From NCBI RefSeq assembly GCF_000150275.1, contig NW_002060946.1, forward strand, positions 3,119,454 through 3,183,453: a DNA stretch of 64,000 nt. Reading direction: 5' to 3'. Positions 38,857 through 53,955 of this stretch are shown piece by piece. A program made the position numbers and the translations under genes. Source of the stretch: Trichoplax adhaerens. Its lineage: Eukaryota > Animalia > Placozoa. The notes beneath the pieces were generated by a model that saw only the letters and a program-made list of their open reading frames with translations, searched no databases and was not told where the DNA came from. Position 1 is the first letter of the stretch. Each line of letters opens with the position of its first letter.

Positions 38857-40016
38857 CTAAGTATTAGCGGGAGGAGTACTTTTGTCAATCTCCTTAATAT
38901 AAATCGATAAATGTTGTATATGAAATTTGCTAATTTTTCTCATTTCTATAGAACCAACAAGGAAAGTATTAAAACGACGTACACCTTCGGAATCGATATT
39001 AGAAGACCGAATTGGCACAAGTCCATTAGGATTTTCAGAATCAGCTGTGCCATTTGCTTGTTTCGATGGCTGAGTTAGCCCAAGAGAATTTTTAAGTGAT
39101 TTAGATCGACAACATAGCCAAATATTTGCATCATGATTTGCAGTTGCTTTCTATAGTATTTATTAACGGTTATGTAAATAATGGGATTAAGGGAAGAGGT
39201 AATCATTACCATTACTGAATTGATAAATATGGTGATTGAGTAATATTTGACAATGCCAAAATTAAATGAGGTGAAATAGATTTGGTATGGCGCCCAACAT
39301 ATAGAATAAGCAAAGTGCTGATATAAATGCCATAAGCGTTGGTTGTTTCGCCATCCTGCGATTTTTTTCTTTCATGAATGCATTACCGGCGGCCATTTTA
39401 TTAGTCGTTTCATGGAAAAATGGTAGAATTAAAATGTAGAAAGAAAATGTAACACTGATCGGCAATAGAAATTTCAACATAAATAGCGTGAATTGTATAG
39501 CTCCGTTAAAGACGGCTTCGCCTGGTAATGATCTTCAGAGACACCAAAGACTTTTACCGGGGTGATGATAGCGCTGATATAGATTTTTGCAGTAAAAACA
39601 CTTTTATATTTTGTAGGCTTGGCAATCAGATACCAACATTCTATACTTAGTGCTACAATTAAACATAATGATATTATACCAAGCGACCAAAAAGAAATAA
39701 TAAGAACGATACACGGCGCAATATAAGTAAGGACTTACTCCTGAATAAATTGCAACTTTGCCTTCCAACATAGTATCTGTGGCAATTAAGATGCCAACTT
39801 CAGTCTAGCAATCCACGGTGGCTTACACTAGGATTAATTTACTGGAGGCATAGTTATAGAGCGATTTATTAGTGATAAAATTGAACAAATCAGTCTATTA
39901 CCGCAAATTGCAATAATTCAAACAGTAATATTGATCGTCTTGCTGACTATTAGATCAGCATAGCCACTGGAATAGCCGCTTGTGGGTCGAGATACATTGG
40001 ATCTGTTATCTGCCAT
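38857..40016 (-). pseudogene. Class A GPCR pseudogene, subgroup B
   Basis: Minus-strand fragments MADNRSNVS...TV*IIAICGN, MLKFLLPISVTFSFY, MAFISA, MVMITSSLNPIIYITVNKYYRKQ, with in-frame stops and frameshifts. Confidence 0.88.
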
Positions 40017-43000
40017 ATTAAAAATAATCGTATGACGGTACGGCAAATGTTACGCAAGGTAAACACTTTCTCTTCGAAATTTGCTTCTTGCAGTGTCAAG
40101 ACGGAATTATGATTGTCATGTAGTCGAAGTATTATCGACAGAACTAAATTTTGATCGACGTTCCTTTTAGTAATAGCTTTCATACTCCTTCAAATAAGTT
40201 AGGATAGCTGATGGCTATTAAAATGCTATTGACATAGAACCACATCTATTCTGTTTGTTTTGATTAGGTACTTTTCGATTCGTATCAGCTTATCATCTCA
40301 TTATCTTTTCACAAAAGCAAAATCTATTTATTATTTGTAATTAAAATCTTTCTAAGAAAATATATTTATGACAATACTTTATTCTACGACAGGATGAATT
40401 TCACTATTATTTTAGGGTTGGGGTTAGGGTCATTTAGAATCATTCTAAAATGTAACAAAAATTTATTAATAATACCACGATAACATCTCATTATATCAAG
40501 ATATTTCATAAAATCACACTGGATGTACTTATTAACTGAGGGTTTAAAATGTAATTTTTTGTCATAACTTCGACGACCAACGATACAGTAAAGTATTGAA
40601 GGCTACATAGACTTACATTAGATGTTTTATGCTAAAGTATACTTTATAGAACATTGCATATTAAGACGTTTGCTAAAAAATTTACGCAAAATAATAACTA
40701 TACTCCGTTGAATATAGATGAATTACCGATGATTCTCCAACCATTTTATGATACGAATTACTAAAATTGAGAACAATGAAATAAGATGAATGGTAAATGA
40801 TTGAATTAATTAAAGTAGGTGGTATTAAATTTCTTTACATCAGAATTTCCGGAATTGACTATAACTCTCTACTGAAGCTAATGTATACAGCTCTGAGGAA
40901 TAGGCTGCTTTACACATAGATGATCTAAAATGGGATATGTTAATCCTTTTTTCTCCGATGAATACCTAAGCATGAAGATTCGTTTACATATTTGAATGCA
41001 ACATTTACATAATAGTTTAATCTACACCTTTAAACTGTTAACAGTCTAAAAATAATTTAGGCTTTTCTTCTGTAGTAAATAACTTACGCTTTTCAAATCG
41101 TAGCGTATTGGGAAAATATTCTATTACCACGGTTAGAAAATGAGATTACTTCCATTATAACCCGGTTTCTTCCAGGGTATAGCGGATACATCCATAACTA
41201 TATCTCTAAATTTTCAATGATCTATGTTATACTAGTTTTATAATTAAAGCTTAAAAATTATCTTTAATTCTAGGAGATGACGTGAAGGAAGTGTGATGTT
41301 TTTTTATTATTACGTACTGATAATAAAGAGTGGATATAGATTGTAGTATTGCTTACTCTTCAGGCTATTTTAAATGAATGGTCGAGTTCTATGTTAGTTA
41401 GCAAAAGAAACACATTTCATACAAATGTGGCATGATGATATAGTTAAATTAAACCGTACATCTATGATCTACAATTCTATAATTTATTCTTATTTTATTA
41501 AGTGAATAAATTTATCAAACAAATTTTTATCTTTACATATACCAAAAAAATTTTGAAACATAGATAAAATAAACTGAATTTTTATCCATTTACTCTCTAT
41601 ACCGTTTAATTTTCATTTCCTTCCTAATGCGGTATTATATATTTAGTGTAGCTTCTAATTATTATAAGTAGATTCTGTGAAATAAAAGCGTATGGTACTT
41701 AAATTCTGATATTAAGTTTTCATTGTTTTTCCCTAACTCAATATCAATCACAGGCGATTGCTGTGCGTTGAATACTCTAATTAGGCTCCATAAATAATAG
41801 AGAGATTATTGAATGTTTCTAATGCAACGGATGATTTTGATCAGTTAGCCATCTTCTTATTCATGTTTATTTTGGAAAGTTTATCAAAATTTTACTTTCT
41901 ATTAAATTAAATTTAGGATCACTTTAATATTTTCGACAAATAGGATATAAAAGATTTGTCTAAAAAATTATATATCGTCGCAATATCCAATATTGTACGT
42001 TATATATCAACTTGTATATTTGTGTAAATAATAGAAGAGAACTTAGGTACAATATTTAAAATCGACTTAGTCTTTAGAAGAGAATCTGAATTAACACATA
42101 TTCGTACGGTAAGTACTAAATCTTAACGAGATTATCAGGCTTATATCTAAGATTTAAGACAGATAGAATTATTCAACATTAAAATTCAGCATTTTAATTA
42201 AATTCAAATCAAATTAATGATAAAATTACCCGATTGCTATGTTTGTGATCAACTTAACAGATAAGAATAGAATAGCGCCAGCTGCAGAGAATAAAAAAAG
42301 CGATATTGTCGCTTGAGCTAGTTCCAATAAATAACCATTAAGATAAAAGACATTATTTATGCATGCAAGGTAATAAGGTGATCCAGCTTTTAAACAATAA
42401 TTATCTCAACTTCACGGATGATAATCCTGTCTGATTAAATTAATGCGATGCTTTCAATGAATGTTATTGTTTATTAATAAATATGGATTGACCCGATGAT
42501 TAATTTATATTGCAGCCGTCTTAGTATTCCATGGAAATTAAATAGTAAATAATTTAGATTTGGTGTACAAAATTGTTAGAAATAGGAAAGAATTATCGTC
42601 ATAATGCGCTAAGTAATCACATCTCTAAAATATTATCGTAGCTACTAACCCTTGAAGTGAAAATTTCCGATTCTATATTCAATTAATGCTAGTGCCTTAC
42701 AGTTTGCATTTTTTTAAACAATATAGGTAGGATTTTGTTAATTGGCGTACTTGATGACCTACTCTAGATGTGCAATGGCATGCTGGATATAAAGAGAGCA
42801 TTTGTGTGGCGGTTAAGCTACATTTCTGATCATAAAAATAACTGTAATTTCTGTGACCTAGGCTTCCAAAGCCATCTAATTGATCGGTATAAATGTCACT
42901 GAAATAACTTCAAGCAAGAATCACTAATAATATGTTTGTTATTTTAACTTAACATAAACTATATTTTATCATACTATATTATATTGACTTAATAAAAATT

Positions 43001-46000
43001 AAGAGGCCTTACTAGGATTTAAGGATATAGAAAATATCGTTCATGTTTGAGCTTTATAGTAGAAAGGAAAGCGAGACATACACCATAATAGTTATTACTT
43101 AAAGGATGCTCATTAAGTTACTTCTCCGTTAACAAAACTTCAGTCTATACCTCAGTTTATGGTACAGTAGATTTTTCCATAGTAAGTATTTAACCCCATA
43201 AATTTTACCTAAAGTACACTTTAAATCTTTTGTAGATATGTTTATTAATATTATCTAATAAATTTAAAGCATCGAACAGTTGAGTAATGCTTGAAAAAGA
43301 CAAAATTTTGAGGAACTATGAGCATACTTAGTAATATCCTAAGGATATAAATAGTTCCTTAGATCACTTCAGGTCTGATTTTCATGGTGTTCTTGCTATC
43401 CAAAAGAATCATGCTTTCGTTTAGGATCCTCAGCCAACGCTAGTGGGCATTGTTTACGTAAAAAATTTTCTGTCGAATCGTAAATCCTATTTATTTTTCA
43501 AATTATCTCGATTTAGAAAGATATTGAAGTAAACACTATCAAAAATAGTATAATCCAATTACATTGAATATATCATAAAATGAAATATTAAAAAAGAGCC
43601 CATAAGGACAGTTGGAAGCAGAATAATACTTTTACTAGATTATCTACTTATGTGATGCCAACACGTACAAAATATCTCAATTAGGACATACTGAAAGTTT
43701 AGCCCAGCTCTGTAAATTGCAACATTTCTATGAGATGAAGTCACATGATTCTACCGCAATTTTGACAAACTTTTATATCATATCAATCTAGAATATTCGA
43801 TCTCATATTAAAAAATTCATGTAAGATTAAATGCCAACATTTATGTTGACTCAGATAGCGATATTTTAAAAGCTAAATTTTTGTAAAAAATTACCGTTTT
43901 AAGTCTAACGAGTTTAAATTTAGGATTCTAATCTCGGGGCAAGAGTACAATAATTCGATAATTTTGAATGTCTTATTTGATAGATTGAAGATTTTGAAAC
44001 GCGATGTAATGTTGAGATTTTATTACACTTTATTTATAGGGCTAGAAATATGATATTTGGACTACCCACAGGGTAATGTGACATAGCGAATAATCTGCAA
44101 AAGTTATCGTATTGGCTTAATTAATTAAGATTGCAAATTTTTAAGAGCAGTTTGTGCTGTTATTTGATTATCTTGCTTTCGTAATACTAACTAATTTTTC
44201 AATCACTGTTGGTATATATTTACTAGATCTCCGATTAAGGCTGCTGTTTACTTATTAAGGTATTCTGTAGTATTAATTAACATATCAAAAGCAAAATTAT
44301 AAACGAAATATTCAAATTTAGAAGCTAAGTCCTCATAATTAATGTATTGGTTGGTGTTTTTGTAATCGAAGATTAACTATTCTTATGCAGAATATCCTCA
44401 TTTTATACAAGGTTAGACAGCTGTATATTCTAATTCTAGCGTAATTTTCAATAATTATCGCCTTTGGATTCTTTCTAATTAATGTGCCATAAGAAAATTA
44501 TGTATTAAATTGACTTAAATTTAAATTAAAAAAATCGAAATCCTCGTAATTAGTATTGATTGGCATTATCGTAATAATAAATTAATTATTCTCATGCCGA
44601 ATATTACTTTACACAAGATTAATCAGCAATATCTTCTGACTCCAGCTTAATTTTCCAGTAATTAGTGTGTCGAATGAGACAAATAAATTTTTATCTGTTC
44701 TTTATTAACGCCCAAATAAACTCTTAGTAAGATTATACAGCGGAGATACAACTAAAGTAATAGTGAGAAACTATCCAGACTCCGAAAATATAGCGTAATT
44801 AAATTCACGCTATTATCAGATCTTAATGTTGATAAAAATTACATGGCCTACTATTATTCCTAAGCGATCGCAAAACTAGCTTCTAATATATGCTTACGAG
44901 CGATAATGATGATGACTACTTTTTCTGCTATTCTTGATAATTAAGACGTTTAATGAATATACATATTGCACCTGATTACTGTTCAAATATTATTTTAGCA
45001 GGACTTATGCAAGAGTAATTGAGCCTAAGCGATACTAAAAATTATTCGGACTCTGCAAATATTAATCAATCATTTTCTATTCCTAGCCTGTACAGCTTAA
45101 CAGACCAAGATATTGTAAACAATTAGAAATTTTCCTGTACTTCGAAAACTAACCGTTTAAATGAATGCATTTTTTTGCGAAATAATGATAACACCCTTCT
45201 CTTAGGATAAATTAAAATATTTCTTTGTGATAATGATAATTTCGATCTGTTATCCTAATAAATCCCCGAATCGCATACAGATTATCTTCAAGAATTGTTT
45301 ACATGTATTTCTTTGCCTCACTAGAATTTTAATTAATAATAATCAATCATTTTAATGAAATTTTTTGTACAGTATAATCTAAATTTGACAATGCGAAGAA
45401 ATATTGTTATGTTAATACATGTTAGCCCACCTTAAGAGTTTTAAAAAATAGTATGCTAACGTTAAACTTTATTTAACGTATCCGTACGAAACTCAATAAT
45501 AACCATATTAGCATCAATGTAATTAGATAAATCACAGTTGTGATGATCTTCAAATGTCGACAAAAGGCCATTATTTACGACATTTCATTCTATTTATGAA
45601 TTATTTACATTTTTTTTCGAAGATGATAATTTATTTATAAGTACTAGAGAAACTGGTAAAAATTCTGCTGCATATAAAGCTTAAGGCATGTACAATAGCA
45701 TCGAAATGATTTGATATTAGTATTCTGCACTTACATCAAAAATAATGACAATGTTATATACCATTGTAATATCGTTTCCACAGTAATTTTAGTCCACAGA
45801 GGAATCCAGTACTATAAAAGCTTTTTATTACAAGGTTCTAAAGAATAGTACAGCAATAATTAATTACTCACAAGAATCTAGTCTAAAGTAATCTGAGCTC
45901 AATTAGATATCAAATCTTTTCTCCTCCTTTACGCTCAGATTTGTACACCTTATATACTTTTCTCTGAATCTATTTAAGGCAATAACATCGTCTACAATCA

Positions 46001-47052
46001 GACATGAATCATCACTACATTTTACAGTATTAATCAAACTGCTACAATATTATTACTTTACCATTAATGTCCAACACCGTAAGGTATTGGGCATCTTTAC
46101 AATCTTAGTATTTCAAGTCGTATAACGTCCTGTACCATAATTAGTTAACAGCTATATTAGTGAATAACACTTTCTAATATAGTAGTTACCAGTCACCTAA
46201 ATCTAGCAGCACAAGAATATCTATTTTTAGAAACTTAACTATTCTAAATATAGTACGCAACACAAGCAAATCTAGGGTGCATCACTACAACCATGCATTG
46301 ATTTTATTCTATAAATCTCTTGAACCTGATTTGAATTATTTTGTAGTCGGTATTACAGTATCATTATTTACTAGTAAATCTCTTAGTTAGATAACATATT
46401 ATCGATAGTATATATATTATATCATCGGCTGTAGTTATGTAGATAAATATTATTGAAAGCATTTTCATGGAGCGGTAGCTTTGATTTTATAACTTTTTAT
46501 TATTGATGTGTTCACTAATCATATTATTCTCATAATTGTTAAAACTGGTTGTTGTCGTAAAAGAAATGAAAAGGAGCCATACTCTAAGAGCATATTAGGA
46601 TACTAAGCCTTGTTCTTATTGTCCAAACAGGAATATGCTTTGGAGGTTGATTGGCCAGAATTGAATAACTACTATTACGAAAATATAAATAGTCATGAGG
46701 ACAACATATCAAGCTATCGATATTAATTTCCTACTCCTATAATGCTATATCGTGCCAATACTAATATCAACTCCGTAATTATATTGACTTTGTCATAATT
46801 GATTGACAAGTATAAAGCAGGTGCGAAAAGGCTTTACATCAACAATGAGATCATGAATGGTATTTAAGCCACAGCGCTCCAGTTTTAACCAGTAATTAAC
46901 CCTTGCAGTACCACAACTTATTCCAGCTGATAAAACGACACGAACAATCTTCCTCTCTTTCCTCTAGGTAATCTAGTTCTGATCATTATCTGGACTTGGT
47001 CAGAAAATTTTCTACCCAGTTATTGTTGCTTGAGAATTTCTTCTAAGCCATC

Positions 47053-48078
47053 ATGAACGCAACCGTATCCATGTTTAATACTTCCACACCTACCCCAGGC
47101 TGGCAACCTGGCCCTACTATCGATCCACTCTTAATTAAAGTATTGCATGGGATATTTGCTACATTATCCATACTTGGCAATACATTTGTAATTGCAATAT
47201 TTCTATCTAGTAAAAGTTTATACCAGCAAGCATCCAGTAAATTTGTCTTGTCATTGGCCTTCGTGGATGCATTAACAGGCGTAATTGTCTTTATTTCGCC
47301 ACGAAGTATTTTAGATGGTGTTTTCCAACTTACGCCTGGCACAACTACTGATGTCCTATGTAGTATTCTGTATTCCGATTACTTCTTTTACTCTTTGGGT
47401 ATTATATCGGTTTATCTTATTACTGGCCTCAACATTGAGCGTTGCTTCATGGCTATAAAACCTTTTCGGTACAAAGTTGTCTTTAAACCGCGCTTGACTA
47501 ATTTTATGATTGCAGTAGCCTTTATCCTTGGGTTTGTAGTCAATGCTCCGAATTTATACCAAAGTCACTACGATCCTCGTGGATTTTGTAATTGGCGGGA
47601 CTTGCCTGGGGGTATTGCATTTAATCGTGCTATCTACTTTATTCTCTTCATGATGAAATTTGTTCTACCACTGGGAATATCATTCATTTGTTACGGTTTA
47701 ATTGTCAGAGCTTTCAAAATCTCTCATCAAAAAATTGTCGCAAACGAAAATTCTCAAGTACATGGTGATCAAAGTGCATTTATGATGCGCCAAGTGACTA
47801 TCATGGCCTTTATTACTACCTTGGTTTACTTTATATGTTGGGCACCTAATCAGATATACTTTACTCTAATTAATTTTAAAGTTTTACAGCTGCAACATTT
47901 TCCTCGCTTCTTTTTCGTTATCTTAATCATGATAAATTCAGTCGTCAATCCTATAATTTATATGACCGTAAATTATCGCTACCAACAACAGTGTCGCCAT
48001 CTTTTCTCAAGATTACGCTCAACGTTTCCTAATTCAACTGCTAACAGCTCTTCGGTATTAATTTCGATGCGCAGCTAA
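47053..48078 (+). CDS. Class A orphan GPCR, single coding exon, subgroup B
   Basis: 7TM; LGN, LAFVD, NIERC, CWAP, NPIIY; N-terminal sequons NAT and NTS. Confidence 0.95.
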   Translation: MNATVSMFNTSTPTPGWQPGPTIDPLLIKVLHGIFATLSILGNTFVIAIFLSSKSLYQQASSKFVLSLAFVDALTGVIVFISPRSILDGVFQLTPGTTTDVLCSILYSDYFFYSLGIISVYLITGLNIERCFMAIKPFRYKVVFKPRLTNFMIAVAFILGFVVNAPNLYQSHYDPRGFCNWRDLPGGIAFNRAIYFILFMMKFVLPLGISFICYGLIVRAFKISHQKIVANENSQVHGDQSAFMMRQVTIMAFITTLVYFICWAPNQIYFTLINFKVLQLQHFPRFFFVILIMINSVVNPIIYMTVNYRYQQQCRHLFSRLRSTFPNSTANSSSVLISMRS

Positions 48079-48450
48079 GAGGGAAACCATTCGTATCAGA
48101 GCTAATGAGTAATACGGATAGAATCTTTCAAAATTTATTTCAGATGTTAGGTTATTCTCACTCAATGGTGGCCTATAATATAACTCAGTGTAACTGATTA
48201 CTAGACAAGTTATTAAAAACCTTATTGCCACAGTAATTGAATAAGTTGGTATTACTTGTTCATTTGAACTTTTTACTGCATTGTATTGAAGCAGATACTG
48301 CTTAGAATGTCGTAAATTTCTTCAATAACCACAAATATGCATTCCATCATGTCTCGTATTCGAGTTATAATATTTCTTAATGGACTTCGCAAATCTACTA
48401 ATAAATTTACTGCGAGAATAGAGATTATTATAATCAGTAAAGAAATATAT

Positions 48451-48511
48451 CTGGGCATTTCACAAATTGACTGGGCATTTCGCGAATTGACTGGATTTCG
48501 TAATTGGACTG
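48451..48511. repeat. Minisatellite, ~20-bp unit x3
   Basis: ctgggcatttcacaaattga / ctgggcatttcgcgaattga / ctggatttcgtaattgga. Confidence 0.8.
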
Positions 48512-51500
48512 TAATAAAGCGACTACTATTTAGCTCGTCGGTTAGTTTGAATAGAGAATTTATAAGATTTAGTCATGTAGTTCTTGTACCTATCACTTAC
48601 CAAAGTAATAAATACTCAATGACTTCCTCGATTTTTTTATATAAAAATGTCACTGCTTCAGGACGGTGAGAATTCCTATCCTTGCTACTACAAATTTTTA
48701 GTGGCAATGTACTACGAGGTACGGTAGTTACTGCTATAGATAGATATCTTAGTAGATGTTTTATCTTTTAGCGAAAGTTTACTTAATTTACTGAAAATTT
48801 GAGCATTTCAGTGATTGTATTTATTTAAATTATAGGAACACTGACTTTATTCAGCTTCTTTAAATGCCCTCTATAATAACAATAAATTTGTTCCATCCAA
48901 AATAGTTATGATTTTTATTACATCTTTTGCCTAATTTGAAGATTTTATAGTCTGAGCACCATTTAGTTTTAAAATTAGATTTTAGCTTTGGTTGGATTAA
49001 TCATCGAATTGACCATTAGCATATTTAGTTGAGATACAATAATAGCTCCGCTTTTCAATAATATTCATATTCGTTTTGTCTGTAATGTCTATATCAACTC
49101 TAGCGTTAAATTACTAAGTGCAATTGTTGTTAGCGATAGGTATTTTATCGAATGTATTATCATTATTTAATGCTTAGTTAATTTATCCACAATTACAGTA
49201 TTTCAGTGATTGTTTCTGTTCATAAGGTGGATACACCTATTTTCACCTGCTTCTTTAATTTCTAGTTATAACTAAAATAAAAAGGATGATTTTTTATGAA
49301 AATTTCTGTTGGCTTTCTCGCTTCGTTTGATAAACTCTGCGGTTTTATCACATAAAAAGCATTCTAGAATATAAATTCTGACCTTTGAAGTTATGAGTCA
49401 TAGAATTGCACTCTCAATAAATTATGCGAACCGTTACATAGTATATCCGAAGTGATACTACATTGTTATGAGAATTTATCTGACTGTTTACTATAGAAGT
49501 GATTACGTCTGAAATGGTTGTTATTATGTAGGCAGCAATGTAAAATTCAATCTAACGGAAAAGATCAAATGAGCCATATTTATGTTTTAAGTTGTCTTCG
49601 AAATCGACCGGATTAGTGAATATCTAACTGTTTGCCAAACAGCTACGGATATTTCAACCGCATACCCCTATGCTATTGATTATGACTGAAAGTCTAGAAC
49701 CGTATACTACTCATGAAAACTAACCAGTCTTTACTGGCTAATCAGTCGCGAATGAATACAGCTTTTACAAATGTATTATCAGTAACTACTGCGGAAAGAT
49801 CATGTAACTTAAGTAAATTCTTAAGATAGCCATGACGATAAATTTATTATTTAATATTGATATCTTGATTGACTTTTACAGTTCGCAATAATAAGAACAG
49901 CATATTAATCAAAATTTTAAAATCTTAACTTAATGATATCTGAACATGATCGTAAACTTTAGGCGCTATCGACAACTAATAATATCGCCTGGTCAAAACA
50001 ATCAATTTTAAAAGGGCGTAATAATATCTATAAATTGATATGTGTAAAGAATATCGATTTTCAATGCTTAAAGGATATCAGTATTGTCTATTTGCATAAG
50101 AGGGAAATTATTATAGAAATCTCAGTTTTATCATAATTAATTTTACTGTAGACTTTGTCGTCTCAGAATTTTCTATAGAATTCACGATTCGCAGCTTTTA
50201 GAAATATACTTGGATCTCGCTTCTATAAACAATGACTAATCAACTTGGCTTTCAGATATCATACAAGAAAATCAGAAATTAAATTGATCGTTCCGTAAAG
50301 ATTTAAAAGAGATCTGAAATTATTATTAGTGTCGTTTCCTTGAAAAGGTGCTTTCACAACGGGATAGACAACGAAGAAGAATAACACATAAAGTATCGTA
50401 TATTCCTTTCCATTATAATTGTATATTTAATACATCGATTCACGATTAGTATGCCTAAAAGTGCTCATTTCCTTAAATTATAGTCAATTAGTAAAAGTAA
50501 ATTTGAAAGTAATTGTTAGTTGCATGTTTATACTCAACACTGTGCTTCCTTGTGCAGAACAATATTTTATAAAAACATGTGTTATAATTACCTACTGAGT
50601 GAATAGATTGCACATCTAAAAGTTCTAATTTTTTTAAATAATCGATTAATATAACCGTATAGATCGATATCTCATTCTCATACCAATGAAACTTACGTCA
50701 CAGCTATGATGTTATATATATTTGTTACGGTACGAACTACCGTGAAGAAATAGCTATCTAAATTTGGTTAATATAATATAGTGATATTATATTACAACTA
50801 GCTATTTACTATAGGAATTACTCTAATTATAAATGTATTACAGTAAATTTAATGCTGTGCTGTAATGTGCACTGAAATGATTCTGTGAATGGGCATATTG
50901 TAGTCCGGCTGTGAAAAACTAGTTATCTCACCTAAGTATTTTTATAAGATGATTTGTGAATGTTAGCTGCTGTAGAAGGGTATATAAGCCCGTCAGATAG
51001 TTGAATAAAGCAGTTCTCAATTGTATAGTTGTTTTAACGTAGAACCAAAGGCGTCTAAATTCTTGTGAGTAGGGATACTGAATCCCGGAGACTATAGAGA
51101 TTTAGAGATTTGTTTTACGTTATCCTTGTCACGAAGCTGGTTTGTGACAATATTATAAATAAACAATGATTTGACATATAATTATAATAGTCAGTATTAC
51201 TACGTAAAATGTTCTAATTATAGACCATTTCTTTAATAAATTGCTTTATTTCAAAATCGAAACCATAGCTTGAAGAATTCAAGAATTTGATTTACAGCTA
51301 TCACATAACAACGTTATTTACAATGTAGTTCCCACCTGCCTGGAGTTTAATTAAAAGTGTGGGTAGGGCATTTCTATTTATTTATACTAATATTTGCTAG
51401 CCATGGTGACAGGAGAAGAATCAAACTCATGTCTAGCTGTAATTGATAAACATTTCTATTCTAAAATCCCTCAATCTGTACACTAACTACAGTCTACGAG

Positions 51501-53120
51501 ACCTTGACCTTTGCTTACTGGCAAATAGCGAAAATTGGTAGGTATATTAATTAATCTGAACAAAGATTTTTATTCTGATGGAAGAAATTGTTAAAGATTT
51601 CCTATACGCGATTGGCAGCGCTATCTGGATTGTAGACTCTCGTGATATACACAGCCTAACTACAAAAAAAGTTGTTATAATCTTATTTATTATCAATTAT
51701 AAATTTTAATAAATTCTTTCCTAATAGATGTCAATATTACATTTTTTACGGTTTGCCAAAAAAATTTAACTTTGTAAGATCAAAATATATTCATACCGGA
51801 CCATGTTATCTTACAGAATTTGCATATTGTTTGTCATGTGATTTCAGTGCTTGATAGCCGCTGTAATAAAGCTGCTTCATAAAATTCTCCAAAAATTCAA
51901 ACCCAAAACGATTGGTAGTGAAACGCCTTAATTCCGAATTTTCGTTAACCAAAATCTTTCCAACTGCAGACCATCATTTCAAGTACAAAGAAGAAAATCT
52001 CTATTATGTTACCTTCACTGCTTATATTCTTAGCTTATTTGTGAGCCAAAGATCATATACGAATAAGAACTATCGAATAATATCGATTAGCCTACTAGAC
52101 TCAGTGTAAGAACGAAATTCTACGATTACTATAGTTCCCTGCGAAATTAAAACTGTTGCATCCTTTGCAGTAATAAGATGACCATACTTGAATTTGTTAT
52201 TGCTAACTATAAATAACTCTATCATGTTGACAACGTTATTACAACCTGCGTAATAACGCAAGGTTATTATTTCTGCAAGTATGGAATGGAATTCACGTCT
52301 TATGGTTTTACTTTACGTACATATCAAAGTCGAGCATAAAAATAACTAAAGTAACGAGAGAATTATTGCTATTCTGCTAACATTTCAAATATTGTAAATT
52401 TGCCTTTCTATACTTTCAATGTTATTCTCATTCTTTAATATCTGGTCCTGTGTATAACCAACATAAGAACAACTACTTATGAAGACTTTAGCCCTTACAC
52501 GCAATATTTCAAGTCCGTATTGTACATATTACATCGAAATAATAGAACTATAAACCGCAGAAGTTTTTCTCTAATTAACATATTTTAAACTGTAGTCTGA
52601 TACATTAATAGATGTATTGTAAATGCTCATACGGTAGAAACGATATAAATTTTAAAATACTTTGAATTGGAAACTATCCCTTGTATTAGCTAGTGACTGT
52701 ATAAAAGGATAAAGAAAATAAATAATAATCAAACGCTATTATACCAGTAGCCAATTAGAATACTGCGGAAAGCCTAGCATCTAATTGTGATTTTGCAAAA
52801 GTGATTATGGTCTCAAAGGAGAAAAACTTTTAATCACGATACTAACCCATTGCTATCATTCCTATTAATCTTTAGCTCTATGTAGTTCATCAATTAGTAA
52901 TTACATGGAACAGAATTAATTATGCTCAATTAATTAATACCATATAGGGTACTAAGCACGTTTACGGCTAAATTCCAGATACTCATAAATTTTATTAGTT
53001 TACAGTATTTAAAATTCACAACTACTTGATTTTGATACGGAAACGAAATTCAGATCGTCATCATCTAAGCTTATGTATAAAATTAATTATAACATTCTAA
53101 ATTGGCGATTTTACCAATTA

Positions 53121-53405
53121 TTTGCCAATGAAATTAAATCCTAGTAGTTAACATTCTGGTCACAAATACCGATACCACTAGTCAACCATCTTTACACTTT
53201 TTAATTGTAAGATAGCTGATCAGAGTAGAATTAAATAGCAGCATAATAAACTGGTGGTTATTCAAATAATTTTGCCAAGGAATCCTAGTAATTAATAATT
53301 CTGGTAAGAAATACTGATACCACCAGCCAATGTCTTTTCTCTTTGTTATTGTAAGGTAGCTAATCATGGTAACTTAAATTAAAAGAATAACGAAACTGTT
53401 GGCCA
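53121..53405. repeat. Two-copy ~150-bp tandem repeat
   Basis: tttgccaa...aatcctagta.ttaa...attctggt...aaatac.gataccac.ag.caa...attgtaag.tagct.atca occurs twice. Confidence 0.8.
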
Positions 53406-53955
53406 ATTGCCATCCAATCGGCACCATATTTAATTGCACTATATAATAATCGCTAAATGTGTATCTCAATCCTGTAAGTGGTTATTATATTTCGTTAAAT
53501 TATCAAATTGGCGTCATGATATCAGGATTTATTATAATTAAGATTTAGGCTACCATCCCCTTCTTTAAACGGGTATATTCATCAATAGATACGTTAGAAG
53601 ATTTCGCTGACTTACTCGAGGAATATTGTATACTTTTCTCTGATAAATTAATTTGTGAATCGAATCACTATATCAGACTGGATTTTAGTCACTTCCTTGT
53701 TATTTTAATATTTTAATACGTTCGCAAATTCATTCAGTTTAATGACCTAATAAAGTTTAATACACAGCAATATTTTGTTGTTATGCTAAAAATGATTATT
53801 TTCGGAGCCAATTTAAGAATTTTTGCTGCAAAATTATAGTTCCTGATCCTAATCATGTATGGTGATATAGCTTTTACATAAACAAATTTCATATCAGAGC
53901 AAATAGCTGTTTCTTAGTTAACACTAGCATGCATGTCATAATGAGTAAAGTAATT

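Noticed and set aside
48337-48669. 110-aa ORF downstream of the 47-kb GPCR
   Set aside because: Overlaps a minisatellite and has AT-driven composition with no domain features.
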